DNA of 64,000 bases from Camelus ferus (GCF_009834535.1 NC_045696.1:69876001-69940000), one strand, 5' to 3'; shown: positions 12,171-26,189, counted from the first letter of the stretch. The notes: generated from the sequence alone by a model not told the origin. Translations and numbers: made by a program.

Positions 12171-13929
12171 CTGTCTGTGAGACTTATTTCTTTATCTGGG
12201 GGAAGGCATAAGTTTGCCTAGTGGTTATTTCTTGAAGTCATTTCTACTTTCTTAGTCTGATTTTGCAATAGTAGGGAAAAGCAAGAGGACTTCTGAAACC
12301 TGGTGAATCAGTGATACCATGTAAGCCCCGCATCACAGGCTCCCTGCTTCCCCCTCCCTTCTGCTCTGGACCCTCCACTCTCTCCCAAATGTGAAAACTG
12401 GAATAAAAATGCTGCCACAATTCTTTACTCTTCTAGAAAGCACACATTCTGGAGCTCCTCCAGAAAACTGTGTTGAGCACTATATTAAGGAGAGGTAGAG
12501 GAGCAGGCAGCTCTCACCCCAGCCTATCAAAAGAGATTTGTTTCTGCCCTTAATCAGCAAAGTCAGGACTTCCTGGAAGGGAGGGCCAGAAGTGAGAAGA
12601 ATTCTGAGCTGGTGAATGAGAGCTGAGAAAGTATTTGCCTTTGTCAGATCACTTACACAAGTAGGCTCAACATGACACAAGGGCTTTTAGGGCCCTTGTT
12701 TTTAGAGTGCTCAAATGGCAAGAAAGTAAGATTAAGCTCGTGAGTGTCCACAGTATGGGGGAAAGAAAAAGCTTAAGTATTTACACCTAAGGAATTACAT
12801 TGAGAAATTAAAACGAGAAAGAAAAGATGGCATGAGAAGATGAGGTGATAAAAGAAATTGTAAGAAATGATAGGGATGAGGCCAGTTGTTCATTTACCCT
12901 TGTGATGGTATTTCTTTCCACCTTATAAATAAGCTTCTCCTTGGTTTCCCTAGCTTGGTTTTTATGTTGGGAATTTAAATTTATCTAAAGTCTGTTTTGT
13001 TTGTTTTTTAAACTAAGTGACTTATCTATTTGGGGAAATGTTCTACTTTAAAAAAATTATGTTTCCTTATTATGTCTCCATTTAAATGTGTAATCTGTAC
13101 TTGAATTTTATATAAGGATAATTTATATTTATTTAGCATTTCTGCTTTTTAAATCACTTAAACATCTAATAGATCATTTTATCTGAGCCCAAAACTCAAG
13201 TTCTATAGTCTAGGTGTTACAGTAGTGATGGCCCCCCCGTTAACAATATAGAGAAATCAGATTGATCTATTTTACTAATCACCACACAGAACAGTTAAAT
13301 GGGTCAGTTATAAGGCGCTGGAACAGTATTTAGAAGGCATAAAGATCCGGCCAGCTGTCTTTTTGCAGTTCACATGCTCCCCTGGTCCTCAGTGAAAGGA
13401 TCTGGAGGTGTACTGACGCTGTTTGGTCCCCTGGGTAGCAATCACGTGTTTTGCTGCTCTTGAGAACGTGATTGGTACCGTAATGGAGTCACCAGGCCTC
13501 CTTGAGTACCTCTTTATTCCCTCACTGACATCATTTAAATCTTTGAGCTGGTGAAGCCAGGATGAGGTCTCCTGCCCATTTGTTAATAGATGGCCTGGCC
13601 AGGGGCTTTATTGAGAGCAGACATTTGAAAGGATAAAAGAGAAGAGAAGAAAGGGACATGAGGGGATTATCCCATTATGATGCTAGTAATGCACTGCACT
13701 CTGTACAACAGGTGGAGCACTGAAGTGCTGATGTATAAAGGGAAGGTGAGACTGAGCAACAGAAGCACAGGGAATAGGTATTTGGAGAAGGATGAATTTG
13801 AGACTTTCAGATACTGTGCAGAAGTCTGGTGAAGGCCGAATTCTGCGGGACTGAGACTTTCCTCTTAAACAAATAGAATGTGTACACTGAATAAACTTAG
13901 AATGGGGAAAACTAAGAAAGGCCCACAAT

Positions 13930-14080
13930 ATTCATCACTCAGCAAACATTTTGAGTATCTACTATGGGCTAGGCATTGTTCTCGGCACTTAGGAAATAAC
14001 AGTGAACAAAACACAAAAATCTCTGCCCTCGTAGAGCAAACAGTTTAATGTAGGAAAGCAGAAAATAAATACATAAAATA
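13930..14080 (-). mobile_element. L2 3' end
   Basis: cactcagcaaacattttgagtatctactatgggctaggcattgttct...tctgccctcgtagagc. Confidence 0.7.
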
Positions 14081-15945
14081 GTGTGATTTAGAACCGTTTG
14101 GTTCCAAGCAATAGAAACAGAATCAAGCTAGGTTAAACGAAAGGAATTGGTGCGGGGAAGTTCTGATTGGCTCTATTTGGGACAGATGTCCAGTCGTCAT
14201 CGGTCAGATATGGTCACAGAGACAGGGTTCCAGGATAAAATCATGGCCTCTAAGAGCCTACCCCTGGGATGCAGAAGCAGTTCCTGGGGGTGTGGGGTGC
14301 GGTGTGAGCTGCTGAGAGTATCAGAAACTATTATAGGCTATTCTATGCCTATTACAGGTTCTCTTCCTTTCCAGTTCCATTGTTTTCTTTCATTACCAAG
14401 AGTGAGTTTTGCAATGCAAATAAGCTCATAAGATTTGAAATGTACTGTCTTAATAACTCCAAATACAAGGCTACTTCAAACTGTAAGTAGATAGAAGGGA
14501 AAATGAGAGCACAGGAAGAAGAGAAAAGGATTGATTAACTGATAGAGATTATTGAGAAGAGACTTTAGCCAGGGTCAGCAGGCTTTTGGAAAGTGTAAAA
14601 TTTACGTCCTTAAAGAAATGTTTTAGCAATGTTGGGTAGCGGTCTTTCTGAAATGGATTTCTCACTCTCCTGCTTCTTACACAGAGTATAAGGAACGTAT
14701 TTTAATTACAATACAGTGATTGCCTTAGGCTTTTTTCAGGTTGTGTAGGTTTCTTTCTACATGGTTTCAGGCTTCTTTGCTCTTTAATTTCTGTGCCTGT
14801 TTCTTGAGCTTTGAAAAGCCTTCCACGATGTTGTCTGTTACCAGTCTCTTTCATCTGCTCTGTGACTGCCTATAGGAGCTCCCCTCCTCTCATAATTTAC
14901 ATTCGCTGCCGATTAAGCCATCTCCCACTTGGATGGGACAGGTGTTGTGGGAGACGGTAGACAGTAGACCTCAGGATGAGTCCTGAGTCCTCTAACTTGC
15001 CAGGTTACACAGAAAAGCCACTCAACTTCTCAGAGTCTTCTCTTCTTAATCTGTAACCTGGACTTTCTCTACAGTGTCATAACTAAAGGAGCAAGTGAAA
15101 TACTTGCCAAAATACTTTGCAAAATGTAAAATACTCTGCAAATATAAAGCATCACTAGTGCTCACACCAGCATGATGGTCTCTGTTCCCTGGTTTTGCCT
15201 CTCCTATCACATCCCATTTTCCCTGAGAGCACTAGAGAGTTTCCTGGAAATCACCAGATATGTTCCCTGGGGCTGGCCGGCCCTATTTGACCAGTTCTGA
15301 CTCCTAACTCTGTGGTTGTGCTCCTGCACAGCAAAGTTACAGGCATTGCTTTCTGATATCAGTTACATACCCACCGCCATATCCCTTCTTACAACACATG
15401 GATTCTCTTGGCATTTGCACCTAAGAGAGAGACAGTCTCCCTATTCTACTTATTGAAGTATGTGGAGAAAGGGCTTGTTTTCCTTTTGGGGTACCTGGAA
15501 CCCTAGGCAGTTTGTTTAGGCCTCTAGTCCACAGGGACTGAATTTGGAAAGGAGAATTTAGTGGCTGCCACTATAGGCCTTGGCACTTTGTTAGAGATGA
15601 AGTATGAAAAGATGGTTTGTTCATCCTTAGCTTGTGGTTTTTGCCTAATAGGCAGTAAGCATGGCAAAGATATAGCACTCTTGGTTCATGTGGTTTTGTG
15701 ATTGAGACAAAATCATTCTTAATCTTTTGAGGCCGTGGTTTCTCTATCTGTAAAATGAACTTGAGAGCAAATCAAGGAATGGACTTAAAACTAAATATAC
15801 CCTTGCTTGATGGTGCCATTCACCAGTTAGGAGTTACCAGTTCTTAGAAATGTTTGCTGCCTCTTTGTAATTTTATTTTTGTGAATTCAACCTTTTAAAG
15901 ACGCTTATTGATCTGTCAGAAGCCTCAAAGTGAAAGTGTGATGCT

Positions 15946-15964
15946 CCACCACTAGGGGGCATTG
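15946..15964 (+). promoter_or_regulatory. candidate CTCF binding motif
   Basis: CCACCACTAGGGGGCATTG matches the CTCF core CCASYAGRKGGCR and lies outside any recognised repeat. Confidence 0.55.
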
Positions 15965-17923
15965 CTGCCTTAGTCACATGATCTGAACCTACAAACTGCT
16001 GAATTTAAGCTCCCTTCAGTCCTCCACTTAAAATTTCTAGTACTATATTTCTTTATATATGGTAAATACAGACAGTAATAAAAAAAATACAGTTAATAAC
16101 TGTATTTAATTAACATTTAATAATTTTAAAAAATTATTTAAATTAACTTAAATAAATATGTAACATAACAATTCTTTATCATTTTTCTTGATCTTTACAA
16201 GTTAACCTGAATCCTGGAGTGAAAAAACCTATCCAAAAGGTTTATGGTTTTTCATCAGCCTTTAGGTTAGCTCAGCATCATAGCACCTCTTAAGTACATA
16301 TCTGTGTCACCCAGGTTTCTTCTCCCTGCTTCATTTTTAGGGATGCTATGGGTCTAGCATAGGATGTTTTAATTAACCATAGAGATAGTCGGGAAAGTTT
16401 TCAACTTTCAACTTCTTCCTTTTTCTGCAGAAGATAAAGAGCTAAATAAATGTTTATATAGTGTCATGATGACACTAAGAATATAAAGCACTTTTGTCTC
16501 TTCTCCCTTGATCATAAGGAAGTCCTTTTTCTATCACCTGAGTAGAAAGATGAAGCTACCCCTTTTGTGTTTTTCTCAAATTGGAGCATATTGTTTTTCT
16601 TTTTCATAAAGTGTGAAAGGTGTCCATAAGGACTGAGGATGTGACATTTGTCCACATTTCAGATTTTTTTAGGATAAATTCCTAGAAGTGGAATTACTGG
16701 GTCAAAGAGTATAAATATTGGGATAGTTGCTAATTATTATAAAATTGCTTTCCAAAAGACTGTAGTGACAACAGTGTATGAAAGTATTTTTTCACTGTAA
16801 CATACTCCAGAATTGGATTTCTCATTTCAACAGCCTTATTTTCTTTTTATATTTTAGAACTACAAATTTTTTTTCTAGGTAGAGGATTTTCTATTGATCA
16901 AAAATTGATCAATATTTCTCAAAATGTATTACTATCTTGGTGAAATATTATATTTAAAAATGATTTGGTGGTCCAGTAAAATTTTCAAATGTTGTTACTT
17001 GTCATTTTCTTAGAGATTTATGAAGCATACATACATATTAAGGCTCTGGGAAGTCCTGCAATAAAGAAATAGGTTTAACTTGCTGTTTCCAAATTTTATT
17101 TACTTAATTAAAGAATCCTTTTTTAAGAGTTAACATCTGGTAATATCTTATTGAAAGTGGGATTATGTTTTTGAAGACGATGATGATGGGGGGGAAGTTG
17201 TTCCAGAAGTTTTTAGGACTCACTGTAGTATTACAAGGATTTCTTCTGAACTTAGGTTGTATTGGTCCGTGATCTTAGTTCTGGAAAATAGAACCCACTG
17301 TTGCTGGATTTAGCAGAAAAGAGAATGTATTGAGGTGTGTAAATAGGGCACAAAATTGTTGGGCAAGTTGAAGAAACAGACTGGAGGTTTAGCTTCCAGG
17401 AATTCCACTGAACTGGTCTGCCAAGGGAACTGCTGCCTCTGCCACCAATGGGATGCTTTGGGCAGAACTGCCTCTGCCACAATGGGAAACTGCTGAGTCC
17501 ACATTAATGTGTCTCTACCCTAGCAGGAAGTGGGGTTAGGAAGTTGGGATCCTATTTTAGAAAGGAAGGATTTTACACTCTGGTGAACTCTCAAATATGG
17601 AGAGAATGTTTAAAAGACTTTGGTTAGCCACAGTTGGCTGATGTCCAAGAGGACAGAATTGTGTAATGTGAACACCTCTAGACGTAGGTCAGAAAATTGG
17701 AGCCTAGCCCTGGCCTAGCCACTTAGCAGCAATGTGACTGTGGGTAAATCTACTTTCACACTTCTGTGTTCTTATCTCTAGAGTGATAATAATCCCTGCA
17801 TATTCAACTCACAGGCTTGGAGTTAAGATAAAATAAAAGTAATGATTGTGAATGTACCTGGGAAAACTATACGGTATAAAGTAAGTGAAAGGTATTTTTA
17901 ATACCCTTGATATGTGTCTAGAC

Positions 17924-18252
17924 CAGAGGTTGGCAAAACTTTTTATGAAAAGGACAAGATAGTAAATATTTTTGGCTGGTAGGCCAAATAGTCTCTTACA
18001 TACCTGCCTGATCTGCAAAAGTATCCACAGACAATATGTAAGTGAATGAACGTGGCTGTGTTCCCATAAAATGTTTTTTCTGGACACTGAAATTTGAATT
18101 TCATGTAATTTTCACATGTCGTAGAATAGTATCTTTCTTTTGATTTTTTTTCTAACCATTTAACATAGTGAAAAACATTCTTAGCTTACAGGCTGTACAA
18201 AAGCAGGTGGCAGGCTAGATTTGGCCTGTGGGCCATAATTTGTTAACTCCTG
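17924..18252. mobile_element. hAT-Charlie MITE (MER58B-like)
   Basis: TIRs cagaggttggcaaaact / atttgttaactcctg; interior gacactgaaatttgaatttcatgtaattttcacatgtc; ~330 bp. Confidence 0.8.
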
Positions 18253-21200
18253 TTCTAGGGCATTATACTGAAGATATTTTTAAATGTAGAAGTTTTTTGT
18301 ACTGTGTGTTTTTGTTTTTGTTTTTGTTTTTGTTTTGTTCTGTTTTGTTTTTTTGCCTTAATGTAGTAGTGAGTAAATTTGGACTCTCTCTGATGACATT
18401 GTCTAAATAGAGAATTGTTCTTTGGGTTGGACTTGATGGTAGCTTCCTTAGACTTTGATACTGGAATTAAATTAATTGAGTGGGCACGTATGGAAACATG
18501 GGCTACTTCAAGATGAGAACAGTATGAAGGGTGAGTTTGCTACCCAAGCTGTTAGGTTCTTAGAACCTATTTCTCTCCTCTTGTTCTGTGCCTTTGGTTT
18601 GGGGAAAGGCACAGGGCAATCAGGAACGTCTTTTATGGGAAAAGCTGAAGTTGCATTTGGTACCTTTCCCCTTCCATGCCCCCACAATCCATGCTTCTCA
18701 GACCCATCCTGTTCCCTCCTGTGGAATGTTCTGTATTTAGGTTTATGGGTTTGCTGCCTTATGGACAGGAAATTCTCTCCAAAAACCTTATTGCCACTGT
18801 AGACTCATTTTCCCTATTGGAAAACCAGAACCAGAGTTTCCCTTGTTCTTGGGTCCCACAGAATTTTCCTTCAGTCAACAGAAGTCTGAGATCAGTTTTA
18901 AGTACATCTGCTAAGGTGAAAATGTATACTGCACGGCAGTTAACAGCAGTATGCTTCTGAACCAGCTTGGTTTAGAAGTCCTTGGTCATCCAAGCATATC
19001 TCCGTGCTTCTTTTCTTTTCCATTTGCCCGTCTTGATTTTTCTCTTTTCCTTCTAGGTGCAGAGGGAAGAGGATGGTGTTGATACATTGGTATCTGGAAA
19101 TGGAGAGCCGGGAGGGGAGGTGGGGGTGTTAGTGAAGGTGGGGGGTGGGGAGACGTGGGGGCTGGAAGGGAAGCAGGCAGTTAGAGGTGGAGAAGGGGAG
19201 ATGGTGTGTTTACCTTCCTGGGCGTACCTGCCACTTGGTGAATCAGGCAAGGCTGTGGTCACTTTGGAGGACGGGGCACATCATGAGTATATGTGTGTTC
19301 CTACGAGCTTTGCTTTCTTAGCTGCTGTCATATAGACTAATTCTGGGGTTTACTGATTCAAAGAAACTATATTTAATTTTGCTTTGCCTGTATCCCTTTT
19401 ATTTGGGCTTTACTAAATATAGCTGGATGGGAAGGAGGGAGGGAGAAAACAGTGTGTAGAGCAGAAGTTAAAACACCCAGAGCTTTGGCAGCTTTGGGAC
19501 AGAAAAATAAAACTTTAAACCTGCTTTCTATTTTGAGGCCATCACAAGATGTTTTGTGCTTACGTTCATTCCTAAGTCAAAAATGGGTAGGAGGGGCTGG
19601 GAATTAAATAAGTTATCTCTTGAAAAATATTAATTTGAAATTGAGTTAAAATTAGCAAAAGGAAGAAGGGGGAGGAATAAAACATTGGACTCAGCCTCTT
19701 TGGAAGCAAAATAATAAACACCCCGTGGGGGTAGAAGAGGCATGCAAATTTCCTTCCAGTTTTTGGCCCCTGCTCCCGCACAGAGCCCCATTGTCTCCGA
19801 GCAGGGGGCAAGGCTGAGAGCTGTGAGAACTGACTTGGCGAGTAAAGCCTGTCAGTGAATTTTGACACAGGTCAACCTCTTCTCCAGGCTGTGATCTCAG
19901 AGTCAACATGAATTCTGACTAATAGGCAGTAGCTGTCATACCATGAGCTGTTTCATGGTAATATGATTATCACATACGAGATGCGGTGATGGCCTATTTT
20001 TAGGCGTTTCCTACTGGGAGTCCTGCTTGATGAGGATGGTCTCTAGGAAAGCTTTCTCTGTACTTCCTGAGATAAGACTGCCCTTCCTGGAAACCTGCTG
20101 GTGCTTTGTAGGACATTCTTTCCACCCCCACTGAAGTCTTTCAGCCCTGCTGAATGTTGTTAGGAATGCTAACCCCTAGGCTTTAGCCTTGGGTTTCCCT
20201 GTCAGATGCCACTTGCCCCTTCGGGTATATTTTTGGGCCAGTCCTAAGTAGCCAGACTCTTCTGACTTGTGCAGGTACAGCAGCATAGGCAAGAGAAGCT
20301 GTGAATGTGTGTGAGGGAGCCTCAGCGGGCCACTTCCATTCCCAGAAAGTGCACTTTCTGCCTAGGCCACCTTGTGACCCAGCCTCCCTGAAGCACAGCC
20401 CTGCTGATGTCACATTCCTGCTCAGAAATCTTCCACAACTATAACATAGAGAAAAGACTGCAGGGAAATGTGCCAGTATTAACAGTGGCTTTCTCTGGGG
20501 ATGAGCTTCTTCCTGGTGATTTTATTTACTTTGTGGATTTTAGTCTTTGCCAATTATTTTTATAATAAATGTATAGTACTTTTTTTTTGAGAAAAATATT
20601 ACTCTTATAATGATTAAAAGTACCATTTAAAAACCTTCTGTGGCTCTCAATTGCTGATTATAAATCCCTCCACCCCGACATTGAAGGCCTTTGCAGTATT
20701 GCGCCAGTCTTCCAGTCTCTCTAACCTTACCTCCTCTTTCTGCCCTGCACCCCAAGTTAGAGCAAACAGAGCTACTCACATTACCAAATGCATTTGGCAC
20801 TCTGTCTTGCTTATGCCTCCCTCTACCTATCCATTTTACATTCTTCAAACTGATTTCACCTTCTTTAGAGAGTATTTTTCAGTGTGTGCTCCTGTAAAAG
20901 ACTTGGAAAAACAGAAAAACATAAATAACAAAATCCTTAATGCCACTTCCTGGAGATAACTTCTGTTAACACTTTGATTGATCTACGTCGTTCAGAAATA
21001 TTTCTGCGTTCTGCAGCTGAGTGTGGTCTAGCACATCTTGGATGTCTGTTATAAACTTTATATTCTAACTTGTGTTGTTATTCACACCTGTCTTATCTCC
21101 ATTCTGGATTTTAAGTGCCTTGACTAGGTATCACTACAAGAGTGACCTTTTATCTCTGCAACCTCTCCAGGCTTTGAGCATAGTAACTGATACGATAATA

Positions 21201-21482
21201 AGCAGTACAAAATCACCTAATAAATCAAATGAGAGAGAGAAACATATGTACGTCGCTTAAGCGCATGACACAGTAACAAACATAGCGGTTACAGTAGGAA
21301 TACAATACTGAGTATCTCCATAAATACTAGATTGCAGGAAAAATATAAAGCCTTAATATTGGAGGTGTATCTGGAATGATTAAATAACTAGGGTCCTACT
21401 AATGTGGGACCACTTTACTATATTACATGGAGAAAATTTAGCCTTGAAGGAAGGAAAAGCTTATTTGAGGCATCTGTATAGA

Positions 21483-21660
21483 CCATTGACTCTCAACCCT
21501 GACCCACGTTGGAATCACAGGAGAGCTTTTTAGAAATACCAGTGACTGGGCTCAATCCCAGATCATTTAACGTAGAATCTTGGATGATGGGAGCGGGGTC
21601 TTAACTGTTTGAAAAAGCTATCCAGATGATTCTAGTGTGTATGCAAGATTGAGAACCACA
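21483..21660. mobile_element. MER5-family MITE
   Basis: ctctcaaccctgac...ggaatcacaggagagctttt...ccagatgattctagtgtg...ttgagaacca. Confidence 0.65.
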
Positions 21661-22594
21661 ATCTAGCCAAAGAAATCTTCCTAGAAAAAAAAAAAAGTAA
21701 ATGTCTTGCTATGACGTTGGAGAAATCAGGAGGTTGTCATCGTGAGGCTGAGTTCTGGTGGGGAGAAGAGCTAGTGTAGATCAGTCTGTTTTATGTACTT
21801 TAAAACAGTTGGATAAAATTTATGTTAGCTTTTATTTAAAAAATAGCCTTTGTGCATTTCAAATGCCCAGACTTTTTTGCCCTCCCAAAGGCTGCTTTCT
21901 CCTAGAGCAGTAACGGGAATAGAACACAGTCCATATGAGTTACGTTACCACATTCACCTCTATTATTATAGCAAAGCTTCTTCCAGGGATTTGACCCCTA
22001 TTCAAATAATATCACAAACATGCTTGCTCTCAGACATGGCATTTCCCACACTTGTGTCTCTTTTTTACATGTTAAAACCTTAATCCCTCCCCCAACACAC
22101 ACACCAGACAAAACAAAAGAAACATCGACAAGCAACTCTTCATGTAAGCTTTTCTAAAGCTATGAGCAGAGTGGAATATTTATTACAGTTTATCACATGA
22201 AAAAGGAAATCCCAGTCCTTTGCTCTAGCTGTCACGTAGCTGTGCACCCTAGAATAACACACTTTCCGCTGTGTGCCCCCTTGGACTTAATACAGGAAAT
22301 GTTACTTTGCGAAGTTGTACTTTCATGTTCTGAAACAGGCTTGCATGTTGTTGTACAGCAGTATTTAAATCCAAAGCAAAATGATTTTGTTGCAATGGAA
22401 ATATTTCAATTAATGTTTACAGTTGGAACACATAAACAAAACTTGGGTCAAAATTAGTTGATTAATCATTGCATTCCTGGGTGCAGGAAGAGTTTTCTTG
22501 AACTCTATCAAGGGAAGGATTAACATCCTCTGTGTGTGAGGTCCTTCCAGGCAGCCTGGATTTTAATGTTACTTCACACAGAATATTTTTCTTG

Positions 22595-22595
<1 letters not shown>

Positions 22596-22622
<27 letters not shown>
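22596..22622. repeat. (CA)n microsatellite
   Basis: Seen directly. Confidence 0.95.
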
Positions 22623-22625
<3 letters not shown>

Positions 22626-23379
22626 CCTAGTAAATGCTGTAATCCAAGATCCCACACTATGATACCTGCCATCATTCTTTTTATTTCTTCTGGCCATCAA
22701 CTCTGTTATGTTTAGTTCTCTAAACCATTGAATCACCAGCTTTTTCTTTACAGAATCTGTCCCCACATATGCATCTTTTTTTTTTTTAATGTATAAGAAT
22801 AAACTTCCCATATCCTCACCCAAATCACCTTTTATACATTCGTGTCCTTTACTAGGAGTCCTAGGACAATATTTTGGGGAATACCAGCTTAAGCATCCAT
22901 CATCAAAAGAAAATCATTATAGCCAAATGGGAGAGGCTTTTAAGTTATGATAGAATATTACCAGAATCTCTGAAGAGAAATGCTATGCATTTAAATCATT
23001 CCTTGTTCCAAAGAAGTATTTGACATAAGGTGCAAAAATTCTTAAAATATAAACAAAAACAGATCAACAAAACAAAAGGAAAATTCAGGTCAGAGGGACA
23101 GTTTTGTCAGAGGAATGTATACGGTAATATGCTACACGGTTATACAAGGTGGACCACAGATTCAGCTCTGGGTTTTCTGACAGCGAAGGCAGAAAAAAGC
23201 AGCTGATCCTGCTCCCTAATTAGGGGAAACAGGGAGAACCCCTTGCTAAAGAATCTTGTTCTCATGAGAGTCAGATACCCCTGGTATCTCCCAGGATGGT
23301 TCCTGCCTTGGTTGGGGAATGAGTAGACCCCCACGCAGTTTTAAGACAGCATGAGAGTAGAGTGAGGATGTCGAGAAAA

Positions 23380-23615
23380 GATAAAAATCCACAGAGACAG
23401 AAAGCATACTGGTGGTTTCCAGGGTCTGGGGAAGGGGAAGTGGGGAATGATGGCTAATGGCTATGGGGTTTTTTGGGGGGTGGTGGAAGTGTTCTAAAGT
23501 TACATAGTGGTAATGGTTGCATAACCCTGTAAATATATTAAAAACCATTGAACTGTACACCCTAAATGGGTGAATTTTGTGGTATTGAATTGTATCTCAA
23601 CAAAGCTGTTATTCT
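23380..23615 (+). mobile_element. L1MB-type 3' end
   Basis: atccacagagacagaaagca...gtggtttccagggtctgggg...aaaaccattgaactgtacaccctaaatgggtgaatttt...tatctcaacaaagctgtt. Confidence 0.8.
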
Positions 23616-23789
23616 TAAAATTTTTAAGTTGCAGTTATACAAGTTGGTAAAATAACATACTGGAAACAGTCAGCTCATGAATCTAAGATTCACGTCTTCC
23701 ACAAGATGTACACATCTCGCGGGCAGTCCCAGCTGAGGTACTGCTTTAAGGGTCGTATTGGGTAGAAATTGGACTATGCAATCTCTGTT

Positions 23790-24140
23790 TTTTTCCATTG
23801 TGAACAATTTTTGACCAAGTATAAAAAGTTGATGAGGTTATAAGTGGGACGTGTTTGAACATATTTGATAGTATAAAGGAATTACTTTTCATTGTTACTG
23901 TGTGATGATGGCATTGTGGTGAGTTTTTTTTTTTAAAGCCTTTATCTTTTAGAGATACATACTGAAGCATTTCTGAATAAAATGCTATGATTCCTAGGTT
24001 TAGCTTGAAAATAATCCAGTGGATAGGGTATAGATGAAACAAGGTTGGCTGCATGTTGATAGCTGTTATAGCTGGGTTCATTACACTGTCTCTTCACTTG
24101 GGTATCAGTTTGAAAATGTTCATGATAAAATGTTAAGACG
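23790..24140 (+). mobile_element. old L1MC/ME 3' fragment
   Basis: tttatcttttagagatacatactgaagcattt...atagatgaaacaaggttggc...gggttcattacactgtctc. Confidence 0.65.
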
Positions 24141-25494
24141 GATTTTTAAAAAATCATTCTCTGTTAACTAGAAAAAAAAAAAACAAAACTAGCAGTGTAG
24201 CCAGGGTTCTTGCTTATGAGAAATTATGCTATTTGCAGCGCTTATCTCATTTGCTGATTTATGGGTGACTTCTGAGAGATTGGAAGCCTGGGTACTGGCT
24301 TTAAGTCACACGTATAAGTAAGCATGAAATTCTAGTAAGGTCATCCACAGCTTTTCCAGCCTTCCCTGTGCTCGTCAGACAGTGCTACGTGGGGTTAGGG
24401 AAGGAATAGCTGCCACTCTTGAGGACGGCAGTGGCAAACTCTCTTATCTCTTCTCTCTTCAGGGTAGTTTTGCTCTTTACATTTCTTTGTCTCCCAATTC
24501 TCCTGCTCTTCAGTGGGATTTGTGTGCTAAAGTATTTGCATTTAATCTCTTCTGAAGTGGGGAGCTAAATAGTTTAGCAAGATGCTAAAGAATAGCATTT
24601 ATCCTTGACTTCCTATATGAACTTGAAACCAAGGCAACTAAACCATGAGCACACACTCCCCTAAGACAGTGAAACGGGGTGTGAGCAGGGGGGAAGTCGA
24701 CAGTGGCACGTTTGTGAGTGAACGCTGGCTTCTCTTTCAGTACTTTTTTCAGGTACTCTGTTCTTAGGGGAGATTGAAACTGGGCATTTGTATTTCCTTC
24801 TCTGATTCTGAGAAGAACTCTTATTTATTAAAAAAAAAAACAAAAACATTTATTGCATTGATATCCCAGGTGTTACATTACACTGGGGGTGCAGGTTGGT
24901 TGTGACTGAAACTCATTCTTACATTCAGCACACATTTGTGTGTCTACTATTCAGTAGGTGTGTCCTCTTTGCAGGGGCCTGCCCGGGAGCTGAAGTCTCA
25001 TGCTAGTATCGGATTCCTGGCATTATCTTTCCTAAAGAACCAACTTTGGTTTTTGCAACAACAGGGACTTTCTTAGAGTTTACAAGCCAGTGCACTTAGC
25101 TCAAAATAAAACAGTTGAAAGAAGTTGGAAGTGCAGTCGAATGTTCTACCACTGACCTATATCCCCAGGAGCAGTTTGAATTGTTGAAAGCACAGAGTGA
25201 CTAGGACGTGAGAATAGTTGTAGATGAGGGTTTCACTTCATCAGTACTTTGGCATAATGTTGCTTGTGATGTCACTGAAACACCTGAATCTCTACATTAC
25301 TTATGACCTTAAAGACAGACACAGAGTTTCAAGTCATAAGACAGCTTTACATGTTTTCATGTGATTTCTGTCGCTAAGTCAGGGTCTCTCCTGAACTTGT
25401 CTTATTGGATATGCAGAGGTGCTATTTAAAATAGCACAATGCCCAGCACTTGGAATACTGCTGCCTGCTTTTCTTCAACCATAGCAACAACTTG

Positions 25495-25700
25495 CCACCT
25501 GCGAACCTATCTGTGCCAAGTCCTGGATATGCATTATCTCATTTAATCCTCAGAGCAACCTTGTGAGGTAGGTGGCCCTATCCTTGTTTTACAGAGAAAG
25601 AGACCAAAGCTGAGCAAGCTCAGATGTCTTTTTACACAACTAGTTAGTCGTAAATGTAGGAATCAAAAGCAGGTTTTCTTAGTTCCAAAGCCCATGCTTT
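25495..25700 (-). mobile_element. MIR SINE
   Basis: cattatctcatttaatcctcagagcaaccttgtgaggtagg...ttttacagaga. Confidence 0.7.
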
Positions 25701-26189
25701 TCCGTTCAAGTGCGTTGCCTCTTGGTGTTTGGTAAATATTGGCTGAATTGATGCATATTTTGGATGTTTGTCAGATCTTTTGCATATCTCCTAGAGTTAT
25801 ACAAGATGAAATGGTTATGTCTGTAAGGACTATCTGTCAGAGGCATTATATGAATGGGAACCTTTGACCAAACCCATGTTTTGTTGCCTACCCATATGAA
25901 GGCAGAGGCCACCTCTACCATCTCCTGTTCTATTCAGAAGTGTGCCTTCAGTCTGTGCATCAGTTTTACAAAGTGGACTCAGTGCCTAAGGCAAACTGCT
26001 CACGTTCTCTATGGGAAATAAAATTATTTTTCTTGGTCAAGTGGCCAGTTAGCCCAGTAGGTTTTGAAGCATAGTGTTAACAAAGGTTAGCCTCTCCAGA
26101 TATAAGTCAGCTTGGATAAATAAACAGCTATTGTCACAGGGAGTCCAGGGTGTGTATGTGTGGATAGATTGAATCTATAAGCACTAATC

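Noticed and set aside
16459..16477. Palindrome TAGTGTCAT-G-ATGACACTA
   Set aside because: A single 9-bp inverted repeat with no supporting context is compatible with chance.
24725..24760. ttttttcAG|GTACTC as a recursive splice site
   Set aside because: The donor is weak beyond GTA.
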